Below, piece after piece: positions 48,331 through 57,268 of a stretch of 64,000 bases of DNA. Position numbers and translations under genes: made by a program. The stretch comes from a virus (Duplodnaviria > Caudoviricetes): positions 32,001-96,000 of IMG/VR virus record IMGVR_UViG_3300028844_004840; one strand, given 5' to 3'. A model generated the notes under the pieces. The model was not told the DNA's origin and did no database searches. It was given only the letters and a program-made list of their open reading frames with translations. Within the stretch, counting starts at the first letter, position 1; the number at the start of each line of letters is the position of its first letter.

Positions 48331-48565
48331 TTCCGTATCTTTCCTTTACTGCCGCCGTAGGCGGTATTTCATTTTCAAGGGCTTTGACAGCAATAGCCCC
48401 CGCTTGCGCAAGTATGCCCGTTTCAAATAAAGCCATAGCACCTAACATCATAACACTCGCCGCCGTAGGCGGTGATTGGTTCTCTAGGGATGTGACCTCT
48501 TCCATTTCTGTCGTCATCTCGACCGTACCGTCACGCAGGTCTCGAAGAATTATTGCGGCTCTCAA
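48311..48565 (-). CDS. hypothetical protein
   Basis: Overlaps both neighbours in operon fashion. Confidence 0.6.
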   Translation of the reverse strand: MRAAIILRDLRDGTVEMTTEMEEVTSLENQSPPTAASVMMLGAMALFETGILAQAGAIAVKALENEIPPTAAVKERYGNGDTDP

Positions 48566-48789
48566 TGTGTTCTCCCCAAGGCGAACGCATCCAAAGATTC
48601 TTGATCAGCGCGTTCCTCGTCATTAATGTATTGGCGCATTCGAGGGAGAATAACAGAAAGGCGTTCAACATGTGATGTGCGGGAAGAGTGAATGGATGTT
48701 GGGTGAAATTTTTCACCCGAATCCGTTTCCTCGACTAGGTCCAGAATTTCGAAAAACTCTCTCAAGTATTCACACAGTTGATCAGTCAT
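48562..48789 (-). CDS. hypothetical protein
   Basis: Start MTDQLCEY overlaps the thyX stop; EETDSG..FHP motif. Confidence 0.6.
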   Translation of the reverse strand: MTDQLCEYLREFFEILDLVEETDSGEKFHPTSIHSSRTSHVERLSVILPRMRQYINDEERADQESLDAFALGRTH

Positions 48790-49780
48790 AGATATCGTCG
48801 TCCCATTGTGGTGTTCGAATGGATTCATGGTCCAGCGTCTTGCGATACTGAATCCACCCGCCGCCGAAGTTTCCCGACAAATGTTCATTCTCCCACTTAG
48901 CCACATCTACGCCGCTGCAACCAAAGTACGTTAAAGTGTCCATCTTTGCTTGGTGTTCTGCAGGAGATGCATGTAGCGGTACAGAGCCAAGGAGGCGTTC
49001 GTACAAGGCCATGTCTGCTTCAACGGATGTTGGTGTACCGTCATGCGTTTTGTACGACACACGGGCGCAGCGAGCGACGCTGACCTTGATAAGATCGTCC
49101 ACCGTCATAGGCACCGCGTCATGTACAAGGTTTTCCGCCGACTGGATGTAATCAAGCTCGGCGTCCGTCACATACGGCAGGTGCCAGTCCTCGTTGGATA
49201 GCTCGCGCGGTGTTGATTCCGCATATGCTGCCATCATCAGATCGGACAAAACTTTGATTTCCGGCTGGGCGTCTTTGTGGCTGCGCAGGTGGAAGAAGTT
49301 ATCGTAGTTTGTTGCGGTGACAACTACCTTGATGTGTGAGAATGGTTCGAGGATGCGGTTGACCACTTGCTTGTGATAACCTGCGGCGACAAATGCCTCG
49401 GCGACTTCGATGGCGCGATCTCGGGCTTCGTTCCAAGCACCTTCTGCCGAGTACATAATTCTATGTTCAAGCAGACCACAACGATCATCACCATCATCGT
49501 AATATTCAAATCCGTTGACAAATACAGCGGCGTCAGTTTCTTGCTCCGCCTGCATGCCCGACTGGTTCATCCCCCAGTGTACGGGCATCGCCGTGTCTTC
49601 GATAATTGCGGCAATTTGACGCTCTACAGGAATGGCGCGGGACGACGAAGCGTTACGGCTGAACATGCGGTGGGTCATTAATTCGGCATGAATGAAGCGC
49701 GGGTAGTGCAATTCAAATGTGGTAATGCGTGGAGATTTTGGTCCAACGCTGTCTGCGATTATTTTAGCTGTGATTGTCAT
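48782..49780 (-). CDS. thyX: flavin-dependent thymidylate synthase
   Basis: ELMTHRMFSRNASSSR, FFHLR...AQPEI, ARCARVSY, HASP.EH. Confidence 0.9.
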   Translation of the reverse strand: MTITAKIIADSVGPKSPRITTFELHYPRFIHAELMTHRMFSRNASSSRAIPVERQIAAIIEDTAMPVHWGMNQSGMQAEQETDAAVFVNGFEYYDDGDDRCGLLEHRIMYSAEGAWNEARDRAIEVAEAFVAAGYHKQVVNRILEPFSHIKVVVTATNYDNFFHLRSHKDAQPEIKVLSDLMMAAYAESTPRELSNEDWHLPYVTDAELDYIQSAENLVHDAVPMTVDDLIKVSVARCARVSYKTHDGTPTSVEADMALYERLLGSVPLHASPAEHQAKMDTLTYFGCSGVDVAKWENEHLSGNFGGGWIQYRKTLDHESIRTPQWDDDIYD

Positions 49781-49869
49781 GGTGTTCCTTGCCGATGTTG
49801 TCTGGCTAAATGTCCGGTTTAATGTACGTGATTGTCGTTTATGTTCAGTTAGTTATACAGTAAATTCCA

Positions 49870-50427
49870 CTAAACTGTAAACGTTTTTTGATCCAGTTTA
49901 GGAACAATATCAGCGACGTTCTGGTGAAGGTCTTCCAGAGAACGGTTGTTGTCGATGCGGTAGTCAGCGCCACTGTTCTCGTATGTAATATCCATCGAAC
50001 CTGTTTCTGGTGGATGGCGGTCGCTACCATCAACCCAAATCACTGCGTCGAAAATGCCTTGCGCCTGACATGCCTGTAATTCATCGAGACGGCGCATGCC
50101 GACGTACAAGTTGAATCCACGTTTCAACATCGTCTTTGCTGTCATGGTTTTGTCTGGCGTGTTGAACGCGCTGATCATTTGCATCCACAAGACACGGTTG
50201 TTGACACGGTCTGCGAACATTTCATCAAAGTCTTTGTACACCGCGCAGCCCCAGTTGTCCCACATGACTTCGCGTCCGACAAACTCGGATGAAGATGTGA
50301 ACTTAAAACCGTAATCATCGCGCAGGATTTCACCAACAGTGTCTTTGCCGTGGCGGGCGTATCCTAGGATCAGTATGTTTGGTCGCGACGATTGGTGGTC
50401 GCTGTCCATGCCTGCGTATGCCATCAT
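49870..50427 (-). CDS. putative deoxynucleoside monophosphate kinase
   Basis: P-loop GYARHGKDT; YVGMR...E. Confidence 0.75.
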   Translation of the reverse strand: MMAYAGMDSDHQSSRPNILILGYARHGKDTVGEILRDDYGFKFTSSSEFVGREVMWDNWGCAVYKDFDEMFADRVNNRVLWMQMISAFNTPDKTMTAKTMLKRGFNLYVGMRRLDELQACQAQGIFDAVIWVDGSDRHPPETGSMDITYENSGADYRIDNNRSLEDLHQNVADIVPKLDQKTFTV

Positions 50428-50603
50428 TCTACTTTCGGGTCTGTGAAGGTGAAGGTTCCGTCGATGTGCCTCGCGTAGTCAGGTGTTTCGCCCATCTCCC
50501 ACAATTCGGAGAACAGCCACGCGTCCCATTCATCTTGTTTCTCGATGGGGATATAGAAGTGGTCCCCGCTGTCGTTACTGGCGATAATGTATCGTTGTGT
50601 CAT
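50424..50603 (-). CDS. hypothetical protein (59 aa)
   Basis: SD GAAGGA before MTQRYII. Confidence 0.6.
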   Translation of the reverse strand: MTQRYIIASNDSGDHFYIPIEKQDEWDAWLFSELWEMGETPDYARHIDGTFTFTDPKVE

Positions 50604-50614
50604 GGGGGTTTCCT

Positions 50615-51052
50615 TCAAATATTTTGTGTATACATCGGACTGTCTCTGGTGATCGACACCGTACATCGAGAGACGCGTGTCTGCATTTCTTCGAGGGTCA
50701 AAGCGATGGACCAGCTTTCTTCCCAGTTGGCACGATCCCATCCATCAGGGTCGTGAATCGTGACGCCTTCGAATTCGGGTTGACCCATCCAGTCTTCTGG
50801 TTGACGCTTGCCTGTCAGAAGAAACAGTTCATCTGAATCATCTTCTGCCATTATCTCTATCTTGAGTCCTTCGGAATCGATGTTGGCAAAACGTCCGTCA
50901 TAAAATTCGTGGGCGGGTCGCACCCACGTCTGACCATCTTCTAGGCTCTGATAAATCACCGCCTCAGTCATCGTCGCCTCAATCAGGCAGTTACCGCTGA
51001 CGCGGTATACTCCGCCAGATTTGACGTGCATCCATACTTCTGTTTTGCTCAT
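50615..51052 (-). CDS. DUF1653-domain protein fused to a second small domain
   Basis: HVKSGGVY.V....VIY.....TWVRP..EF.DGRF, then I.DPDGWDR. Confidence 0.7.
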   Translation of the reverse strand: MSKTEVWMHVKSGGVYRVSGNCLIEATMTEAVIYQSLEDGQTWVRPAHEFYDGRFANIDSEGLKIEIMAEDDSDELFLLTGKRQPEDWMGQPEFEGVTIHDPDGWDRANWEESWSIALTLEEMQTRVSRCTVSITRDSPMYTQNI

Positions 51053-51243
51053 TATACGTGTGTCCAGTTGAATTGAAGAAATAGCCAGCCCGCGAATATT
51101 CGGGTGTATTCAACACCAGAAAAGTCGTCGGCTCCGTTTAGGTGTGCAGCCCATGGTAGGAAACGAAAGCCATGCGCCTGCCAAGAAACTTCGCCACGAC
51201 GTGCGTGCCACATGAAAGATTTTAGATATTTCATTTTATCCAT
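51052..51243 (-). CDS. hypothetical protein
   Basis: Trp-rich ORF coupled to its neighbour. Confidence 0.5.
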   Translation of the reverse strand: MDKMKYLKSFMWHARRGEVSWQAHGFRFLPWAAHLNGADDFSGVEYTRIFAGWLFLQFNWTHV

Positions 51244-51429
51244 CCCATAATTTTGTATTTAAGGAAGTTGCCTATCTTTGCAGCAGCCCCACAGTGTGCC
51301 TTGTTGACGCCATAGGTTGTCATATGCTCACCCCCCATCAGGACCCACTTTTCGGGCGTATATGATCACCTGATCGCAGCCGTACTGGCAAGCGATCAAG
51401 TCAGCTTCTTTGATGGGGATGGGTTTCAT
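51231..51429 (-). pseudogene. frameshifted small phage gene (MKPIPI...YGCDQV...EHMTTYG...FLKYKIMGW)
   Basis: Removing one G from the G6 run (C6 at 51331-51336) restores a continuous frame to TGA at 51231. Confidence 0.65.
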
Positions 51430-51807
51430 GTCTTGGCCTATTCCCGCGTAGCGGGTGATCCAGTTTACGTGTGGCTCTGCTGTAATTAGTCCTGATTCAC
51501 GCAGTCTTTCGATGAATTCTTCCTTTTGTTCAGGTGGGATAACTTTACCACGCAAAGGTGCAGAATATCGTTCCATTGCGGCTACGCCGAGAGCACTGAC
51601 CTTGCGGATATGTTCCATGCATGCCTCGCCACCATTTGGCTTGTACCAAGCCTCGCGTGCATCTGCCAGACATTTCTCCATACAGAGAATGTACTCGCCG
51701 GGTGTCATTGCAGGTTGTCCTTCATGGCGTTTCGCATTGCCACGTTGGGCATCTTGATAGGCGCGTTCGGTGTTTATTGCGCGGTAAACGGCATCACGTG
51801 TTGGCAT
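51328..51807 (-). CDS. MazG-like helical protein, apparently fused to downstream coding fragments
   Basis: AI..ER.YQD...IRKV.AL.VAAME.Y.AP.R N-terminal family motif. Confidence 0.55.
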   Translation of the reverse strand: MPTRDAVYRAINTERAYQDAQRGNAKRHEGQPAMTPGEYILCMEKCLADAREAWYKPNGGEACMEHIRKVSALGVAAMERYSAPLRGKVIPPEQKEEFIERLRESGLITAEPHVNWITRYAGIGQDMKPIPIKEADLIACQYGCDQVIIYARKVGPDGG

Positions 51808-51845
51808 ATTTATGGCTTTCTGTTTGTCCGCGTAGCGGGTGATTA

Positions 51846-52223
51846 CTACGATTCAACTGGTAGTGCTGAGCCGTCTGTTGGGCGGAGCTTACGCTTTGCG
51901 ATAATTTTGTCACGGTTCTTGTGTGCGCGATACATCACGGCATACGCCGACTTGTCCATGGAGATGTTGCGTGATGAAGCCAGCCCTGCCAGCGTCAGCA
52001 TAACGTCACCGACTTCGGAGAAAGGGTCTCCGGCTTCACGGTCATAGACATAATCTACCAGTTCCAGCACTTGAGATTTCGTTAATCCCGTTGCTTGGAC
52101 CAGTTCCAAGGCTTCCTCAAAAAAGCGCATCGGGCGATCTTTCGCCACCTCTTCTGGCGTGCCGAAACATTCCTGCATCCAGTTCCAAATCCATGTTTGG
52201 AAGTCTTCAATTTCTCGTTTCAT
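51846..52223 (-). CDS. MazG-like nucleotide pyrophosphohydrolase
   Basis: RFFEEALELVQ...EVGDV acidic motifs. Confidence 0.7.
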   Translation of the reverse strand: MKREIEDFQTWIWNWMQECFGTPEEVAKDRPMRFFEEALELVQATGLTKSQVLELVDYVYDREAGDPFSEVGDVMLTLAGLASSRNISMDKSAYAVMYRAHKNRDKIIAKRKLRPTDGSALPVES

Positions 52224-52442
52224 TCGTAGTCTGCCTTTCCAAAGAAACTGGGTCTAGTACCGTTCTGCACCTCTTTCCAGCGAATTGCTGGGTCCCAATT
52301 AGGCGGGGCGACGCAGAGGTACACAACGGATGCGGTGGTAATAAATATTGAATTCAGGATTGCGTGGTACGAGATACCAGCGTTCCATGTATGGGTCACC
52401 TTCGGGACCGATCAAGAAGTCTGGTTCACGATCCGGTCTCAT
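52220..52442 (-). pseudogene. deletion-fused gene remnants (cupin-like N-terminus plus unrelated C-terminus)
   Basis: MRPDREPDFLIGPEGDPYMERWYLVPRNPEFNIYYHRIR stops early at 52299; a second frame runs to TGA at 52220. Confidence 0.5.
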
Positions 52443-52465
52443 GTTATTGATTGTTCCAAAAAGCA

Positions 52466-52750
52466 TTAGTATCCTCCTTCGGATGCATCTAAAGCAGCTT
52501 CGGCTTCGAACAATTCGTCGCGAACTTCGTCAAGCTGTCTTTCAAGATCATCGATTTCGTATTGCAGTACGTCGGCACGCATTTCGTTATTATCACGTTC
52601 TGTCGTGACGGTGTAGACCTCTTCTTCAAGGTCCGATTCACGCGATTCGAGTCCTGAGATTTCTATATCCTGCGCCACAATTGTTTGGCGAAGTTCGTGG
52701 ATCACTTTGCGTTGATCTGCGATGATTGTTTCATAGGTTACTTCTGACAT
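52466..52750 (-). CDS. acidic coiled-coil protein
   Basis: Heptad pattern; coupled to the helicase stop. Confidence 0.65.
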   Translation of the reverse strand: MSEVTYETIIADQRKVIHELRQTIVAQDIEISGLESRESDLEEEVYTVTTERDNNEMRADVLQYEIDDLERQLDEVRDELFEAEAALDASEGGY

Positions 52751-54189
52751 TATACGATCACCGTTAATTTGTGGCTGGCGCGGGTTATCCCCGTATACAA
52801 CCAGCGTTGCGCGTCTTGGCGGAACACGGGACTTTCGTCGTGCAGCGCCACATCTTCAAACTCTGAACCCTGTGATTTGTGGACCGTGATAGCGTGGCCC
52901 CAGTCAACATGTTCACACTCTTTATTGGCACGAAATGCTTCACGGTCGGGGGCAGAATGTGACCCCTTGTTACGGAATGCATGTTCTTCGAATAGGCCTT
53001 GGGTAGCCCATATATCATATTCCATCCCGCCAACGTCTTCATCAATGGCTTTCAAGTTGATTCGGGCGCTCGCGTTGTTGAGATTTCCAATGTCTTCTGT
53101 ACAACGAAGGAGCGTTCCGTTCACCAGTCCTGGGTACTGTCTCGAATTGCGGCATACCAGTAAAGGCTCATCTTTCATTGGTCCAGTTTCTTCCCACCCA
53201 CACTCCGTACGGATTTTGGCTGTGACATCCCAACGCTTTTTATTAGTACCAACAAGAACCATTGCATCGCGTTTCATGTTGAACGTGACGTCATCATTTC
53301 GGCGGGCGACCACGCGTACATCGTCACCATAATCAGCGATAGGAATATTGCGCCCCTCTCGGGCCATCGTGGCTAAACGAATTATGGGGTTGTCTGCAGC
53401 TTGGCGATGTATTTCTTTTAAAAACACATTCGGCATTTCCATATCGAAGCCCCAAGAGTCTCCTACAGGAGGGAGCTGCCCCGGATCACCGATGGCCATA
53501 ATTGGAATACCAAAAGATTCAAGATCCGCAACGATTTCGGTGCCCACCATGGAAGCCTCATCGATAACGATCAGCTTAACTTCGGGAGGAAGCTCTGACG
53601 CTGATTTTAGGTTAAATTTCGGACCCTCATTGTTCATTGCGTCTCCTAACTCTATGATAAGACCAGCAATTTTAGATTCTGCGGTCTTTACATCCATGGA
53701 AGCAATGGAATGATCGGGGTGTTTTGCGCCTGCGTCTCCGTTTGTACGTAAAAATAATACGTGGTTCTCAATCCCTTTTATCTGTATTTCAAGGGCATCG
53801 GCACGTGCAGATTTAGGCATGTAGATGGCTTTGTGAATAGTTGTTGCACCAGACGGCCAACCACTCTCCTTTAGTTTTCTGGACAGCACTTTCGCCGCCT
53901 TGCCTGTCGGAGCCATGAACATTACTTCATCTGGTGTTAATCCTATATGTTCGATCATGGATCCAACACAAGTGGATTTACCACTACCCGCAAATCCTGT
54001 AAACACGAAAGGCTGAATGCTAGAGGGAGCTACATTTCTGGAGGCGTAATCATACGATTCACGCTCTTCGTTCCATGTTTTTGTCTCAACTTCAAATCCA
54101 TATTGATCAATGGAGTTCTCGCAATTTTCATACCACAGTGCACCTTCTTTGACACCGCTAAATTGTTCGTCTGTTAATGTGATAGACAT
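52750..54189 (-). CDS. Dda/RecD-like SF1B helicase
   Basis: GFAGSGKS, APTGKAA, IDEASM, GDPGQLPPV, HRQA, TVHKSQGSE, LYTGITRA. Confidence 0.92.
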   Translation of the reverse strand: MSITLTDEQFSGVKEGALWYENCENSIDQYGFEVETKTWNEERESYDYASRNVAPSSIQPFVFTGFAGSGKSTCVGSMIEHIGLTPDEVMFMAPTGKAAKVLSRKLKESGWPSGATTIHKAIYMPKSARADALEIQIKGIENHVLFLRTNGDAGAKHPDHSIASMDVKTAESKIAGLIIELGDAMNNEGPKFNLKSASELPPEVKLIVIDEASMVGTEIVADLESFGIPIMAIGDPGQLPPVGDSWGFDMEMPNVFLKEIHRQAADNPIIRLATMAREGRNIPIADYGDDVRVVARRNDDVTFNMKRDAMVLVGTNKKRWDVTAKIRTECGWEETGPMKDEPLLVCRNSRQYPGLVNGTLLRCTEDIGNLNNASARINLKAIDEDVGGMEYDIWATQGLFEEHAFRNKGSHSAPDREAFRANKECEHVDWGHAITVHKSQGSEFEDVALHDESPVFRQDAQRWLYTGITRASHKLTVIV

Positions 54190-54254
54190 GTATAATTCCG
54201 TTGTTCAGATGGATTCATTTTATTAAAGCCTTTCTACATGCAGGGGGGTAGATG

Positions 54255-54289
54255 GTCAAGGACAAAATCGGATGTCCTTGACCTTTTTC
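54255..54289. terminator. hairpin between the SSB and helicase genes
   Basis: GGTCAAGGACA/TGTCCTTGACC stem with an adjacent T5 tract. Confidence 0.55.
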
Positions 54290-54291
54290 AT

Positions 54292-55092
54292 TTAGAAGTT
54301 TTTGGCACCACGGCGACCGCGTCGCTTCGGAGCTTCATCTTCGGTAGGAGTTGAATCGTCAGCCCCTTCGGATTGGTCTTCGATTTGTACAGACTCCTCG
54401 TTAGTTTCTGGCTCTTGATCGTAATCGCCGCCATCTTCTCCAACCATAGCCAGCAGTTCTTCTTCCGAAGCCCAGTCAACAATTTTCAGTTGGGGAGCAT
54501 AGCGCCATCCCACGTTTTTAGCCTTTGCCTTGTACTTGTTCGCATCAATTTCGATGATCGGTGTAAGGCCTGCTTTAATTTTGTAGGACTTGCCGAATTG
54601 AGCCACTAGTGTGCGGAAACCGTTTAAGGCTACGCCTTGGTTTAGCTTGATAGTGTACTCTTCTTCATCTCCGTCAACAGGGCGCATGCCCAGAACGGCT
54701 TGACAGGTCCAACCATCCATGAAGTTATTGCTGCGGTCATTCTGCTTTGCACGAATTTCGTCAAGAGACATGTCAACCTTCTCTTCTGGATCGTCTGGGA
54801 GACGGTTAGGACCGTTTTTCCATCCGTTTGGATCCGCTGTCAACATTACGTCAACAGTTTCGAGAACTTCCCCATCCCACCAGAATGACCAAGACCATAG
54901 AGAATTTTCTACATCAGCAGCGAACTGCGTTCCGTGGTCCAACTCTGTTTCGTCTTGTCCCGCCACAAATTGTCCAGTTACACCTTTAAACTTGACATAT
55001 GTTGTTCCGCTTGCCCCAGCACCAGCTTGAGCAAATGGGTTTGCGCCTGCGACCGCTAGGCCTGCGTTTTGCGCTTCAACAAGTGCGTTCAT
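54292..55092 (-). CDS. putative single-stranded DNA-binding protein
   Basis: Aromatic-rich core, long acidic tail, C-terminal Phe; beside Cas4-like nuclease and PolA; very strong SD. Confidence 0.6.
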   Translation of the reverse strand: MNALVEAQNAGLAVAGANPFAQAGAGASGTTYVKFKGVTGQFVAGQDETELDHGTQFAADVENSLWSWSFWWDGEVLETVDVMLTADPNGWKNGPNRLPDDPEEKVDMSLDEIRAKQNDRSNNFMDGWTCQAVLGMRPVDGDEEEYTIKLNQGVALNGFRTLVAQFGKSYKIKAGLTPIIEIDANKYKAKAKNVGWRYAPQLKIVDWASEEELLAMVGEDGGDYDQEPETNEESVQIEDQSEGADDSTPTEDEAPKRRGRRGAKNF

Positions 55093-55172
55093 ATTTTCTT
55101 TCCTTCTTCGATTTTATTTTTACATTCATACCCGTTTTCATTAAATGTAAAACGCACGGGTTCGTTTTACAT
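55093..55172 (-). promoter_or_regulatory. H-type pseudoknot plus A-rich leader (putative translational operator)
   Basis: S1 ATGTAAAACG/CGTTTTACAT, L1 = A, S2 ACCCGT/ACGGGT, L3 9 nt, then a 37-nt A-rich spacer to ATG. Confidence 0.7.
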
Positions 55173-55192
55173 ATAGTACCGCTAGCGCGGCG

Positions 55193-56353
55193 CTATTTCG
55201 ATACGGTTACGGTTAATTTTTCAAAACCATTCCCTTGTTCTTTGTAGTCTTCTGGATCTAGTCCAGCCTCTTCCATGAGTGCCGTAGATAGTCGTTTTGC
55301 GCCAGCTTGTGCACTGTAAAAGACTTTCCAATTCTCACCCACCGCTCGACTTGTTCCAGCGTTTATCATTTCTTGTCGAATAGCCTCGTTAGCTTCCTTG
55401 ACATCTCTCTCGGTCTGCTTTTCCAATGCTTTCAATTTAGCTTGATTAGCGACAAGAATGTCCATGCGTGATATCATATCTGGATCCTGTCCGTCAATCT
55501 CTCCAGCTTTCAGAGGGTCACGTTTTTCAGGAACACGTCCAGTTGATACGATGCTGCATGCGTCTTTAAACTTACAGTACTTACAATCCCCGTCTAATTT
55601 TCCTTCTGGAGCAAACAGCGCAGGATCTTCCACTTCGAAAACCTTTTTATTACGCTCGCGTCCGATTTGGTATTCGCTCTCCGAGAACGGTACTAAAAAC
55701 GGGCGAATGTCATCATACCAAGAGGCATTCACGTATATGACAATAGCGTATTCGGGTTTGTACTCCGTAGTGTCGCGCACAAGTCCCATCTGCATCTGCG
55801 TCTGTCCGTGGTGAATGGCTTTAGCTTGTTTGATTTCAATTCTAGGGTCAAAAGACTTCATCTCTAAAACAACACTGTCGGCGTCTAAATCTCCTTCGAA
55901 ACCGTAGTATTCTAAAAAATCTTTGGGTAGTTTACCACCCATTTCTGGATCAATGGGAACGATTAATCCGTCCAGTGTTGCAGAATTACATCCATCACGA
56001 ATTGTCTCTTGATCGTCTCCTTCCATAATCAAATCAAGTCCACGACGGTTCAAACCTTGGCGGATTGCGGGGACGATAAGATAGTTCTCCATTATATCCC
56101 CACGACGCATCGCGCCCCAGTTCTCTTCGTGGTCTTTATCTACTTCGTGTCCAAATTTCTTTCCGTGCTTCCCGAACCAAGTCTTACGGATGCACCCAAA
56201 ACATTCGGAGGCACCTACCATTTCATTACGGTCATATTTCCACGTCTTCTGGTGGCTGGCGACGAATTCGTCAAAACAATCCTCAAACGTGAACCCGCCC
56301 GCAGGGATGTCCTTAGGGACACCTGTCGCCATGAGTTCTTCGTAATAGCTCAT
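55193..56353 (-). CDS. Cas4-like PD-(D/E)XK exonuclease with Fe-S cysteines
   Basis: GASE...C.RK, TLDG, LEMKS, Q.Q.QM, C..C.....C. Confidence 0.8.
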   Translation of the reverse strand: MSYYEELMATGVPKDIPAGGFTFEDCFDEFVASHQKTWKYDRNEMVGASECFGCIRKTWFGKHGKKFGHEVDKDHEENWGAMRRGDIMENYLIVPAIRQGLNRRGLDLIMEGDDQETIRDGCNSATLDGLIVPIDPEMGGKLPKDFLEYYGFEGDLDADSVVLEMKSFDPRIEIKQAKAIHHGQTQMQMGLVRDTTEYKPEYAIVIYVNASWYDDIRPFLVPFSESEYQIGRERNKKVFEVEDPALFAPEGKLDGDCKYCKFKDACSIVSTGRVPEKRDPLKAGEIDGQDPDMISRMDILVANQAKLKALEKQTERDVKEANEAIRQEMINAGTSRAVGENWKVFYSAQAGAKRLSTALMEEAGLDPEDYKEQGNGFEKLTVTVSK

Positions 56354-56622
56354 TATACGTTACCATACCCCATTGATTTTGCTGGATCATCCATTTGTGG
56401 TACCTTCAAATTGTGGTCCTGACACGCCATCATGTATCCGATCTGCATTGCACGTCTAATGCTTATTTCATTGATGTCGTTGGAGACTTTCTGTACCAAG
56501 CGTTCCCCTCCGCGAGTGATATCACTCATATACACTGAAATACGTTCGTTGTAAAGAGGATTTTCATTAGACCCTGTATCTTGAGTAGATGTCGGGTTAT
56601 TGTAGTTATTATTCGGTTCCAT
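56353..56622 (-). CDS. hypothetical protein
   Basis: Coupled to both neighbours. Confidence 0.6.
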   Translation of the reverse strand: MEPNNNYNNPTSTQDTGSNENPLYNERISVYMSDITRGGERLVQKVSNDINEISIRRAMQIGYMMACQDHNLKVPQMDDPAKSMGYGNV

Positions 56623-57220
56623 TGAACACTCCTAAATCCAGTAGATGGTAGAATACTTTTGCAGTCCCTTTAACGTCAACCAAGGCGTCGTGGGCACCGT
56701 CTAGTTCTTCGCCGAAAAAGTGCATCATACATTCTTCCAGCTTAGGCCACTTATATTTACCGTAGCGCATAGGCAGGGCCTTAACGATGTTCGTTGAGTT
56801 CACCATTGTACACGCTAAGGTTTTTCCAATAAACGGGTCGGTGTATTTTTGATCTGTGCGCTCGCTGTACACTTTACACATACGGCGCATCACCGTGACG
56901 TCAAAAGCGATGTTATGTGCCACAATTGTGTCAGCGTTTTCCATCATATCAAGAAACATTTCAACACCTGTTATCAGGTCACATCCATACTCGTCGGCGA
57001 TATCGTTGTCAATTCCGGTAATTTCGGCAGCTTTTGGGTTTACAATCCAATCTCCGTTTGTACGGATACAGTAATTAAAGGCACCACGCTCGTTACGGTT
57101 CATCCCGTCCAGCTTCATACCTATTTGTACAGCCATAGGCTGTCTCGGGTGAATATCTTCGAACTTATCCAACTTTAATCCAGTGGTTTCAGTATCGAAA
57201 AAGAGTACGTTTTTGTTCAT
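56609..57220 (-). CDS. DEDDh 3'-5' exonuclease (DnaQ-like)
   Basis: FFDTETTG, AHN..FD, AHDA..DV. Confidence 0.9.
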   Translation of the reverse strand: MNKNVLFFDTETTGLKLDKFEDIHPRQPMAVQIGMKLDGMNRNERGAFNYCIRTNGDWIVNPKAAEITGIDNDIADEYGCDLITGVEMFLDMMENADTIVAHNIAFDVTVMRRMCKVYSERTDQKYTDPFIGKTLACTMVNSTNIVKALPMRYGKYKWPKLEECMMHFFGEELDGAHDALVDVKGTAKVFYHLLDLGVFNGTE

Positions 57221-57268
57221 TGCTTTGCCTTTGTATAGTTATATATCTCGTATGTCAACAAGAAAAAT

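Noticed and set aside
55193-56353. CRISPR-Cas system suggested by the Cas4-like gene
   Set aside because: No repeat-spacer array or other cas genes; solo Cas4-like nucleases are common in phage replication modules.
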